Origin: Eledone cirrhosa
Lineage: Eukaryota
Assembly: GCA_964016885.1 (NCBI GenBank)
Contig: OZ024741.1
Coordinates: forward strand, 296,174,001 to 296,238,000
DNA: 64,000 nucleotides
Direction of reading: 5' to 3'
The notes below the pieces were generated by a model that worked only from the letters and a program-made list of their open reading frames with translations, was not told where the DNA came from and ran no database searches. Below are positions 1 through 10,284 of this stretch, one piece after another. Made by a program: the position numbers and the translations under genes. How positions within the stretch are numbered: position 1 is the stretch's first letter; every line of letters begins with the position of its first letter.

Positions 1-224
1 TTGGTATACAACCAACATAAACTCAAAATCTATCTATATATATATATATATATATGGTCCCGTAACTCCTGATGATGTCGTAGGGACACCGCATTGACAT
101 ACGGCGTTTCTAGGACATTTTATAAAACCCGGTGGAGCCCATCTCCTCTCCAGATCTATATACAGCATTCTTCCAGAGAAGGAGAAGGAAAGCGAGAGTG
201 AGAGAATGGAAATAAGAAAGAAAT

Positions 225-305
225 ATAAAGGAAGAATCGACCCCAGTATTAGACTGGTACTTTTTTATCGACCTCGAAAGGATGAAAGGTAAAGTTGACC
301 TCGGA
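225..305 (-). mobile_element. Partial SINE (Nin/Deu-domain-like core)
   Basis: ctggtacttttttatcgacctcgaaaggatgaaaggtaaagttgacctcgg matches the core of the SINE copies at 432-609 and 29471-29660. Confidence 0.6.
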
Positions 306-431
306 CTAGCTCTATACGGACGTTCAAATTGATTGAATAAATAACTAGAAACCCTATTTAATAGGTGATTTTGATTCGTAGGACCAGAGTCAGTTTGGAA
401 CAAATTGGTATCAAAAGTGTTAATAGTAATA

Positions 432-609
432 ATTGTTTAGCACAAGGCCAGCAATTACCCAGTGCATTACTGGTACTTTATTTTATTGACCTCGTAAGGA
501 TGAAAGGCAAAGTTAACCTCGGCGGGATTTGAACTCAGACCCTAAAGAGCCGTAACTCTATGCTGCAAAGCATGGCGTCCGACCCTCTATCGATACTGCC
601 AATCCACCA
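432..609 (-). mobile_element. tRNA-derived SINE, family A
   Basis: Reverse complement of the copy at 29471-29660. It has an A-box-like tggcagtatcg, a B box gagttcaaatccc and the core gcctttcatcc...ataaaataaagtaccag. Confidence 0.8.
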
Positions 610-1116
610 ATAGTAATAATAAAGGTAATAGTGGTTGTAACCCATCATAATCAAAGACAGATCATACATCTGAAGAAGTTTCTTTTTTCACTCTCAGACG
701 ATAGCTTATCTGACTTTAATAGAACGTGCTCCTAGTTCAAGTGGCACCCATGGCAAGTGCCACGCTTGTCATTCCTTTGTTACCCCACAACTCGAGAATT
801 GTAATTCTATATATAACTCCACAAATATGTAGTACCCTGACACTGAACAAGTGTGTGCGGGTCGCTTTCGCTGCTCTGCGTGAATCTCGGACAGGTCTGA
901 CGAACCGAACGGTACTTCTTCCGTGGCTGTAAAGCAGTCATGGGAAAACTGCAGCCCACGAACCGCATGCGGCCGTTTGGCTTTCTGAATGGCGCATCTA
1001 ATTTCAAAATTGCCTTGAATATCTTAGTCGTGCGGCTGGCCTTATGATGAATCACATCCTATGCGGCCTACTGCCAGAAAAAGGTTGCACTTCGGTAGTA
1101 CGGATGCGTTAAAGAT

Positions 1117-1167
1117 AATGATGATGGTGATGATGATGTTGACGATGATGATGACGACGACAATGGC

Positions 1168-1208
<41 letters not shown>

Positions 1209-1221
1209 CGATGGCGATGAC

Positions 1222-1261
<40 letters not shown>

Positions 1262-1313
1262 TTGATGACGACGATGATGATGATGACGATGATGATGATG
1301 ATGACGATGATAT

Positions 1314-1352
<39 letters not shown>

Positions 1353-1365
1353 CGATGGCGATGAC

Positions 1366-1402
<37 letters not shown>

Positions 1403-1530
1403 TTGATGACGACGATGATGATGATGACGATGATGATGATGATGACGATGATATTGATGATGATGATGATGATATTGATGACGACGATGATGATGATGAT
1501 GATGATGATGATGACGATGACGAGACGATA

Positions 1531-1561
<31 letters not shown>

Positions 1562-1580
1562 CGGTGATGATGATGATGAC

Positions 1581-1614
<34 letters not shown>

Positions 1615-1620
1615 GTGATA
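1117..1620. repeat. (GAT/GAC)n microsatellite
   Basis: Direct reading. It explains the poly-Met and poly-Ser ORFs. Confidence 0.95.
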
Positions 1621-1864
1621 GAGATGATAGACAACCGCTTCCGCAAAAGCCTCACATCACAATAACAACAACAACAGCAGCACTCCCACCCCTCCTCGGT
1701 CTTACTCTGTGAACTTTAGTTGATAAAGCTTATAAAGAATGTGATAAAGAAGGTGGTGTGTTGTAAGGTGGGCGGTTTAAGGTTCGAATTTAAGGTGGGT
1801 TGACATTAAGGAGTATTTCAAGAATGTATGTGTCTATTCATCGTAATTAGAATGTCATGTTCGA

Positions 1865-2592
1865 CATCACCGCCGCCGCCGCCACCAACACCACCAACAC
1901 CACCAACAACAACAACACCCCCACCACTACCAACAACAACATCACCACTACCACTACTACCACCACCACCACTACCACCACCTCCACCACTACTACCATC
2001 AACACCACGACCACCACCACGACCACCACCACGACCACCACCACCACTACCACCACAACCAACACCACCACCAACATCCCCCTCCCACCACCACCTACTT
2101 CTCCAGCACCGTCACCATCTTCGTTGTCCCCACCATATCAACATCATCATCACCACTACCAACACCACTACTACCCCCATCATCAGACTATTATTACCAC
2201 CACCACCAAACCACCATCTCCACTATCACCCCCCCCCCCCCCCCCACCATCTCCACCACCACCACCACCACCATCATCACCACCACCATCTCCACCACCA
2301 CCTCCACCACCACCACCACCACCACCGTGTGGGCAGCTATTAGGAGATACGAGTGAAGGAAATATCTGATATGAGGCTATGTATATATTTCGTAGAAGCT
2401 GAGTTAAATAGTATGAGGTTCACGTGAAGGAGATGATGGTGTTACTGGTGCTGGTGCTTGTGGTGATGGTGATGGTGATGCTGGTGGTGGTGGTGGTGGT
2501 AATGGTGGTGCTGGCTGTAGTGCAGGTACTGGTAGTGGTGCTGGTGCTGGTGCTGGTGCTGGTGCTGGTGCTGGTGATGCTGGTTGTGGTGT
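1865..2592. repeat. Compound (ACC/ACT/AAC)n and (GGT/GCT)n microsatellites
   Basis: Direct reading. Confidence 0.9.
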
Positions 2593-2696
2593 CAATGTTG
2601 CATCAGTTTAAATGAGGTTGTGTGAGTGTGATGGGTTTTAGTGATATGTTCAGAGAAATAACAAGAGGCTTGGTGTGATCTGAGGTAGAGTTATTT

Positions 2697-4222
2697 CAAC
2701 AGACGACAAACAGACGTTGCTGACGTTTGTTCAGGAAATCTTTAGTATTTCCTCTGTAAGCGTGTGGGAGACAGCAGACGTCAGATGGCAGACAACAGAC
2801 GGCAGGCGTTGGTGATATTTGTTAAGGAAATCTTTAATACTTCGTCTGTAAACGTGTAGGGGGCGACAGACGACAGGCCACAGACAACAGACAACAGACG
2901 TTGCTGATGTTTGTTAAGGAAATCTTTAGTATTTCGTCTATAAACGTGTAGGAGACAACAGACGACAGGCGACAGGCGACAACAGACGACGGGCGACAGG
3001 CGACAGACAACAGACAACAGATGTTGCTGATGTTTGTTAAGGAAATCTTTAGTATTTCGTCTGTAAACGTGGTCAACAGACGATAGACAAGAGACAACAG
3101 ATGACAGACGACAGGTGACAAACAACAGACGTTGCTGATGTTTCTTAAGCAAATCATTAGTATTTCGTCTGTAAATGTGTTGGGACAACAGACTGTAGCG
3201 AGAGCTGTCCACGCCTTGAAGCTCGGGTGACACCTAAAGGTCAAACTCTAGGTCACCACCCTTTTGGTGTGAACAGGTTCATGCATGGGCTATCCCCTCA
3301 AGGTGGGAGACAGAAAGCGACAGGTATATAACGCCTATATTTTCCCACCTTAGACACAGAGAGATCAGAGCACCACGATACAGACCAGCTATGTGAAAGA
3401 TTCACCGCTATTTTCAGGCCCCAGAGGTCTACAGACATACAGAGCGATCGGAGCAGTACGCTATTTCAAGCTATGTGAAAGATTCACCGCTATCTACAGG
3501 CCACAATGGTCTACAGTCAACTACAGACCATTCAGAGGTATACAGACCATTACTCTCTCTCTCTCTCACTATGGTCTCAGACTACACCAGCCTCATGAAC
3601 CAACAACAAAAATAACATTGTCAACCTTCGCAACCCATGGTAACTTGTTTATTGTTCTTTTTGACTGAAGTGAAGTAAACCTTTATATATGAAGTAAAAC
3701 GGCCATTCTTGTTATTACATCTAACAACCAGGTTAATCCATTTACGATTTCTTAACTAATACCCTTCGTTACGAGACGACAGACGGCAGACAACAGACAA
3801 CAGACGACAGACAACAGACAACAGACGTTGCTGATGTTCGTTAAGGAAATCTTTAGTACTTCGTCTGTAAACGTGTGGGAGACAACATACGACAGACATT
3901 GCTATGTTTATTAAGAAAGTCTTTAGTATTTCGTCTGTAAACGTGTGGGAGACAAAAGACGACAGATGACAGACAACGGACGACAGACATTGCTATGTTT
4001 ATTAATAAAGTCTTTAGTATTTCGTCTGTAAACGTGTGGGAGACAAAAGACGACAGATGACAGACAACGGACGACAGACATTGCTAGGTTTATTAAGAAA
4101 GTCTTTAGTATTTCGTCTGTAAACGTGTGGGAGACAAAAGACGACAGATGACAGACAACGGACGACAGACATTGCTATGTTTATTAAGGAAGTATTTAGT
4201 ATTTCGTCTGTAAACGTGTGGG
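2697..4222. repeat. Tandem repeat of about 75-120 bp: gttgctgatgtttgttaaggaaatctttagtatttcgtctgtaaacgtgtggg plus a variable (ACAGACG/ACAGACA)n tract
   Basis: About 10 recognisable units in two blocks (2697-3193 and 3774-4222), separated by a solo LTR. Confidence 0.85.
3194..3773 (+). mobile_element. Solo LTR (Gypsy-like)
   Basis: 580 bp insert with near-canonical termini TGTAGCG...CGTTACG and a 4-bp TSD AGAC (3190-3193 and 3774-3777). It contains a TATA-like ggtatataa and AGTAAA signals, and it interrupts a tandem repeat. Confidence 0.7.
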
Positions 4223-4378
4223 TAACAAGGAATGGGGTCACAAGGTTTGATCATGTCCATGGTGGTTGCTTAGGATGGTATATACGTATGTGTCTTTAAT
4301 GCGTTGAACTGTCCAAAGACCCCCAGCAGACAACTGATGAAGGAAGACCTTATCCAGCAACTACACAGCCCGTTTATT

Positions 4379-4454
<76 letters not shown>

Positions 4455-4478
4455 ATGTATAAAAATCAATACAATATA

Positions 4479-4556
4479 ATTACCTCATTACCAGAGGTTT
4501 CCCGAATGAGGCGAATACGAAAGAAACGTCTTCATTCGTTCGTCAGACGAGGCAAT
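4479..4556 (-). ncRNA. Type I hammerhead ribozyme motif (inverted copy)
   Basis: Reverse complement of 4861-4938. Confidence 0.7.
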
Positions 4557-4860
4557 ATAAAACATGGGTAAATACTTGGAAAGTCTCATCAAGAAAAGCA
4601 AAAAAATATAGACAAATGAATTAGAATATGAAATATATAAAAATCTTAATATAATATTATATATTTACGCACACTTTTTCACTATACGTATACATATGTG
4701 CATACACATATATGCACATCTGTGAGCGTATATACATACATATACACACACCTAACTATATTTCTTGAAAGATTTTTATATATTTCATATTCTAATTCAT
4801 TTGTCTATATTTTTTTTGCTTTTCTTGATGAGACTTTCCAAGTATTTACCCATGTTTTAT

Positions 4861-4938
4861 ATTGCCTCGTCTGACGAACGAATGAAGACGTTTCTTTCGT
4901 ATTCGCCTCATTCGGGAAACCTCTGGTAATGAGGTAAT
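4861..4938 (+). ncRNA. Type I hammerhead ribozyme motif
   Basis: Stem I ATTGCCTCGT/ATGAGGTAAT; core CTGACGA; stem II CGAATGA/TCATTCG with an A.G opposition at its base; GAAA; stem III ACC-TCT-GGT; GUA cleavage triplet. Confidence 0.75.
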
Positions 4939-5060
4939 TATATTGTATTGATTTTTATACATTAAATTTTGCTCTGGTACTTACATAGAGCACTCTTCAC
5001 TTCTATGACCTTTTCTGTTTTCAACGGAAATTTCAATACTTATATATATATATATACAGA

Positions 5061-5151
<91 letters not shown>

Positions 5152-5373
5152 ATCCGACCGCAGTTAATATATATATATTATTAGGCAATGAAATAATAAG
5201 ACAAAGTGAAGTAAGTAATTAATTCATTGTTTTACGGTCGTTTCAGAATTATCGATATGCAGACCAATCGATGTCAGTTATGCAACTCCCTCAGACTTAC
5301 CTCGAAAACGTACATCCATTCTACTGTATATCCTAATGGAATGGCGACCACCTTACAAACTAGTGACCAACCA

Positions 5374-6549
5374 TCTTATTATATATATATATATATATAA
5401 AACAGAGGATGTCTGTATGTGTAAATCCCTAAAACTCGAGAAGTACCCAATCGATTTTTTCAAACTTTACACATGCGTTACTTATATTTCTTGAAGTGCA
5501 ATGGGCTAAAAAAATTTAACCTTTTCTGTCGCATTAGGCGAAAAACCGCATTTTTAGGCATTATTTTGCGTTTTTGAGGCGTAACTTAAAGATAATTCAG
5601 CCGATTTCCTCAAAATTTGCAGCACGCATTAATTAGTCCCCTCGCATTCCTGTGGACAAAAACATTTCCGATTCCATGAATGGTTTCTAGGAAATTTACG
5701 AATTAGCATTGAGCATTACATGCCATTTTCATTTTCCATATAAACGCTACTTAAACATTGTCAGTAGCATATAATATTTCGATAAAAATTTGGTTTATTT
5801 AACAGAGGACACAACACTTACTTACTTTTAAGCAGGACCATTTTCGAGGGATTGAGGAAATGAGGAGGACCTTAAAATTTCTGTCGGAGCCCTGTTGACG
5901 ATTCGTGCTTTCATCATGCGCAAATCCGGGTCCTGTGTACGTTGCCGTGTTATTGACACCGTAAAACTCACGTCTGTGCTACTTCTACTAAGACCCCTTT
6001 TGTTGCACCTACACCGCAGTATGAACGCCCTGCACAAGTACGCCGGACAGCAGTTGTGCTAATTCCGCGGTGACCGCTTTTGTCGCACCTTTGTTGCTGT
6101 GTAAACGCAGTGCAGCCAGTGCTGCCCAGCGTTTGTGCTAATTGCACTATGACCCCCTTCTGCTGCAGCTGCGTTGCCACGCTGATTTCGTCATCTCAAT
6201 ATCCCTACTTAAACGTACATCCCTACTTAGTTTTCACACAATTGACTACGTCGCTCATTCAGACTGACGTGTGTTCCCCATCCGTGACATAATTCGTGAA
6301 CAGACTTACGGCATACATCGCCCCGCAACACTTACTTACTCCTTTCGCATACAGGATTTTCGTAATCAGCCCACTGGCACTGCTACTACTGGATTCGGCC
6401 TGCTGGTGTTCTATGTTTTCAGTAGATGAACAATCGTTCCCTGAGAATAAGGGAATTCAAAAAGTACACTGCCAGATTCCTCAATCTTTGCATATGCGTG
6501 TTGCTATTTCACGTTCCCTACCCCGTGCAACACCGGGTCCTGCTGCTAG
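5374..6549 (+). mobile_element. Non-autonomous Helitron-like element
   Basis: 5' end A|TC followed by (TA)n-aaaa. 3' end has an imperfect hairpin cccgtgcaacaccggg, then CTAG|T. No TSD. Same terminal design as 60862-61784. Confidence 0.7.
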
Positions 6550-7189
6550 TGTTACATAAAAATAAATAGAAAGGAGTGCACAAACAGACATAACACCACC
6601 CTTGATAGAATATAGGAATAGAATAAGAACTACTAAGTGACGAGTGAGCGAGAGAATAAAAATTAGTATGACACATAAGAACATACACCAATACAAATAA
6701 CCAGATATGCAGATAAAAATAATAATATAAATAATATAAATAAATAAATAAATAAAAACAAATAAATGGATAAAAATAAACACATAAAAAAACTTGGAGG
6801 AGAATGAGGTAGCAGTAAACAAAGGTATAGATATGCAAATACACCCAGGTACACGTGCACATACACACGCATGCTCACACCACATACACACCACAGAAAG
6901 ACAAGATAAAGTAAATAAAATAAAATCAAAACAAAGAGGAAACACAGAGGAACAAGAATAGTTAGTCATTGAGAAGGTGACAGGATGTGTGACGAAAGAA
7001 CCGAGGAAATGGCTTGGTTACCGAAGTGAAGCGTCAACCGGTGCATATGTTTTCATTGGTAATGTAACAAGTGTGGTCGCCGTTTGCTAGGCACGTATTT
7101 CCACAGCTCATCTCCTTGACAGAGCTACAGTCCTGAATCAAGCGAAGACATGCAGGGAGTGCTTTGAAACTAGAATGTCTTCAAGCTCT

Positions 7190-8095
7190 CACAGCCCTCG
7201 GCCAATCGGGCAGTGCGTTCAGTGGAACTTCACCTTGGCGTTCTATAGAGGGTTAGTGATGGATAAGAACGACGACGTTCTTGAGGTAATTTTTCTAGGC
7301 GCCAACGAAAATCAACTAGCCACTCTTTTACAGAGGACTTTCGGTCTAGAACCCATTAATAACTTCCAGAAATCCACAGATGGCAGTGCTACTGAGGAGC
7401 ATTGCCCGTTCGGAATAAACTCTACAGGCATGGAAGTGCTTTCAGCTGGGCTTGTCCGAGACGAACGCAGGGCGACGAAAACGTTCTGCACGCACTTGTC
7501 GAGTGTCCGAGCATTGCTAAGTTGTGGTTTTATATTGAACATCTACTGTCTCATGTAGGACGAATTCGACCACCAGCTGAGTCCATCATGAAGATTGCAC
7601 CGCCGTCTTCCTTTAGCCACCAAGGACAGGCAATTTTTATCTGCCTGGTGGCCATGGCGAATGAGGTCGTGTGGGGAGACACATTTAAAAGGGTTGAAGA
7701 CAAGAACTGTCTTTTTCAGGTTTCACTTGAAGAGGAAAATCAAGGAAATCAAGTGGGAAGCGATAGCTTCCAACCAGTTTCTTGAAAGGTGGGTGGGACT
7801 GGTGAGCATGGTCCGAGTAGTTGAACCTTAGATTGGAGGAGGGCAACTGGGAGGGGCATTTTGACCTAGCGGTCAGAGGAACGGTGACTTTTTGTGGGCT
7901 TTCTCTGTGTGTGACCCCTGGAGGTCCCCATTATTGGGGAATTTATTTTGTTTGAACTTTTTACATGCTTTTTTTTGTTTACTTGTTTTTACTACAAACT
8001 TTTTATACGCCAAAACCCACACTGGACCGTCCTGGGCCGTCCTTAACGTTTTCTGCATGGCTAATAAAGAAACTATTATTATTATTATTATTATT
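7190..8095 (+). mobile_element. 3' fragment of Tx1/L1-type LINE
   Basis: Homologous to 12900-13206 (LPVRNKLYRHG...CP...DENVLHALVEC zinc-knuckle region). It continues into a 3' UTR, AATAAA at 8063 and a (TAT)n tail at 8074-8095. Confidence 0.85.
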
Positions 8096-8309
8096 GAGTT
8101 TGAACGGATGTCTTTTTGCTCGCTCCCGTAAGTTCACTTATTTACCTATCAAAACTGATTTATTGAATTTTTGTTGTTGTGTAAGGGATACAAGCCCTTG
8201 GACTTTGACCTGTGAAGGGGACAGAATAAAATTTGGGCCTTTTGGCCCAAATATTTGAACTTTTTTACATTTTAAAAAATTATCGAGAAAAAAAAGCAAA
8301 GAAGAAAAC

Positions 8310-10252
8310 ATGGCTGAGCCACGCCCCCCAGCGATGTGTCGGCTGTCGTGCGACAACGACGTAGAAGTTGAGAGGAGCGCTACGGCGAAATTAACACAAA
8401 TTGAAACACAAACACCACCACAAACAATGTAAACAAAGACACCAATGATACCAATGAGAACTCTAATTTTGAAAAAAAAAATGACAGTAACAGCGACAAC
8501 GAAAATACAGATAACAAAAAAAAAATGACAAATGCAACAACAATATCAACACCACTAACATGAAAACAAATAGCGACAACACCAACTGCACCGAGAACAA
8601 CGGTGGCAACAAAGACAACAATGATAACAGCGACAGTGATAACAACAACACCAACAAGAACAACGACAACGACAACAACACCCCCAACGACAACAAGAAG
8701 AACACTTTCGCTGCGGCAGCAGCAAAAAAGAGGCCATGCTTCAACATGGACCTCTCAAACAAAGATGAAAAGTTGGCCCAGGCATAGAAGCTCATCAAGC
8801 AAGAGCAAACCTGGGCCAACTTAACTGTCCCGGTAGAAGCTATTGAGGCAGTGGAGCGCAGAACGGTGCATTATAGATGCATCTCAGCACAAACCAAAAG
8901 AGAAGCTTTAATCCCACAAGCAGATGTCAAATTCGCGCTGAGGTGCATCAGAAAAGACACCGAATACATAGCGAGGGGCAGACAGTACGGCACCATTTCG
9001 GTGCTGTTCAAGTCAGAAGCTCTCGCTATGAAACGCGCTATGACTCCTTGCAAAACCAGCAAGGTCATAATGTACCCCTCCTACATGGGAAAAAGAACGG
9101 CCCGTCTCCGCATTCCCAGAATCCCACCAGGACTTGACATGTGGTGGCTTCTGGGATGTGTGATTGTGGAGGGGACGGATACCGTCCGGATAGAAGTGAC
9201 CAGAACGGCCAGAGAGGACTGGTCCGGGGTTGACCTGGAGATCGTTCTCCAGATCAGGCCCGAGAATGTGAAGACAATCCTGGACCACATCCTCCTTCAG
9301 AATGGGACGGTCATTCATATTATGACCGAGGGGAAAAGGCCGCATTGTTTTGTTTGTGGGGAAAAAACCCATTTGCGAGCCTTCTGCCCTCAACTGCTGA
9401 AAGATGCAAGGGGTCGAAAGGCTCCACTGCTGCCGACGCCGGGGCGAGGACCACAACCAACACCAGCACCGGCAAAACCACCAACAACAACACCAATAGA
9501 AAGACCACCACCAACATTGACCACCCAGGGGGGAAACAAGGAAAGCTGTCAAATTCCCCTCCCCCCCAAAAAATACACACAGACACACTTATAGACACAG
9601 ACCCCTCATCTACCAGTAGTGCAGATGAGGGAAAACCAAAATCCCCCAAAATACAAAAAAGGAAACACAAAAAGAAAAAAAAAAAATCAACAAAGCACAA
9701 AATCACCCACAATAAAAAAACACAGACACCACCCACGCAAACATCTCTCCAATAACACCAACATCAACACCACCATCACCATCACCCCCCAGACGCAAAC
9801 AACCTAAACAGACGCAAGAACAAATATACACACAAACATCTGAAACCACAGACACCGCACTCACAACAAACACAGACACAACCGAAACAACACCACCAAA
9901 ACCATCACCAGCACAACCATGCAAACAAATAAAATCACACCAACAAAACATACAAAACTTCGTGCTCGTCAGGAGGGCCAACAAGGAACTGATGGCCCTC
10001 GTAGCACGAAGTGAAAATATACAAAAAGAGGGGGAAATTTTTAAATCGAGCACATTTCGCGTGCCGGAAGATTTGTTTCTGGTGCGAATGTCACTCGATT
10101 TATACAAAGAAATACGAGACAGCTTTCCTCGGGACGTGGGAATCCCGAACGTAAAACCCACTTCAAGACTTTTAAAGGGGTTTCCAAAAGAAACCCCACC
10201 AACTATGGAGGTCGAACCACCCGACCTTCACAAGAGCCCGGAAGGTAAGTAA
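8310..10252 (+). pseudogene. LINE ORF1 (gag-like nucleic-acid-binding protein), disrupted
   Basis: Asn/Thr-rich N-terminus, a TFAAAA motif, and ORF 8851-9594 with CFVCGEKTHLRAFC (CX2CX4HX4C). In-frame stop at 8785-8787 and frameshifts. Start and end are inferred. Confidence 0.7.
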
Positions 10253-10284
10253 ACCTTTCCTCTCTCTCTTTTTAACCTGCCAAC

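Larger units (their letters stand above)
4453..5040 (+). mobile_element. Fold-back PLE pLTR-like remnant: inverted arm + spacer + direct arm + unique 3' tail, within (TA)n
   Basis: Arms at about 4453-4647 and 4770-4964 are near-perfect reverse complements, and each carries an HHR. The tail is at 4965-5040, with (TA)n on both sides. Confidence 0.7.

Noticed and set aside
60-105. CTGATGA-TGTC..GACA hammerhead-like start
   Set aside because: There is no GAAA and no stem I or III; at best a decayed fragment.
1061-2615. Poly-M/S/T/P/H/V ORFs (also 41058-42123 and the YI/HT/CV ORFs)
   Set aside because: These are microsatellite translations.
4325-4380. ctgatgaagga motifs before (TA)n (also at about 46620)
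   Set aside because: Possibly decayed PLE ends, but GAAA and the pairing are missing.
5205-5305. Minus-strand CTGAGGG...GAAACGACCGTA HHR-like motif
   Set aside because: The core is mutated and the stem I partner is displaced by about 16 nt.
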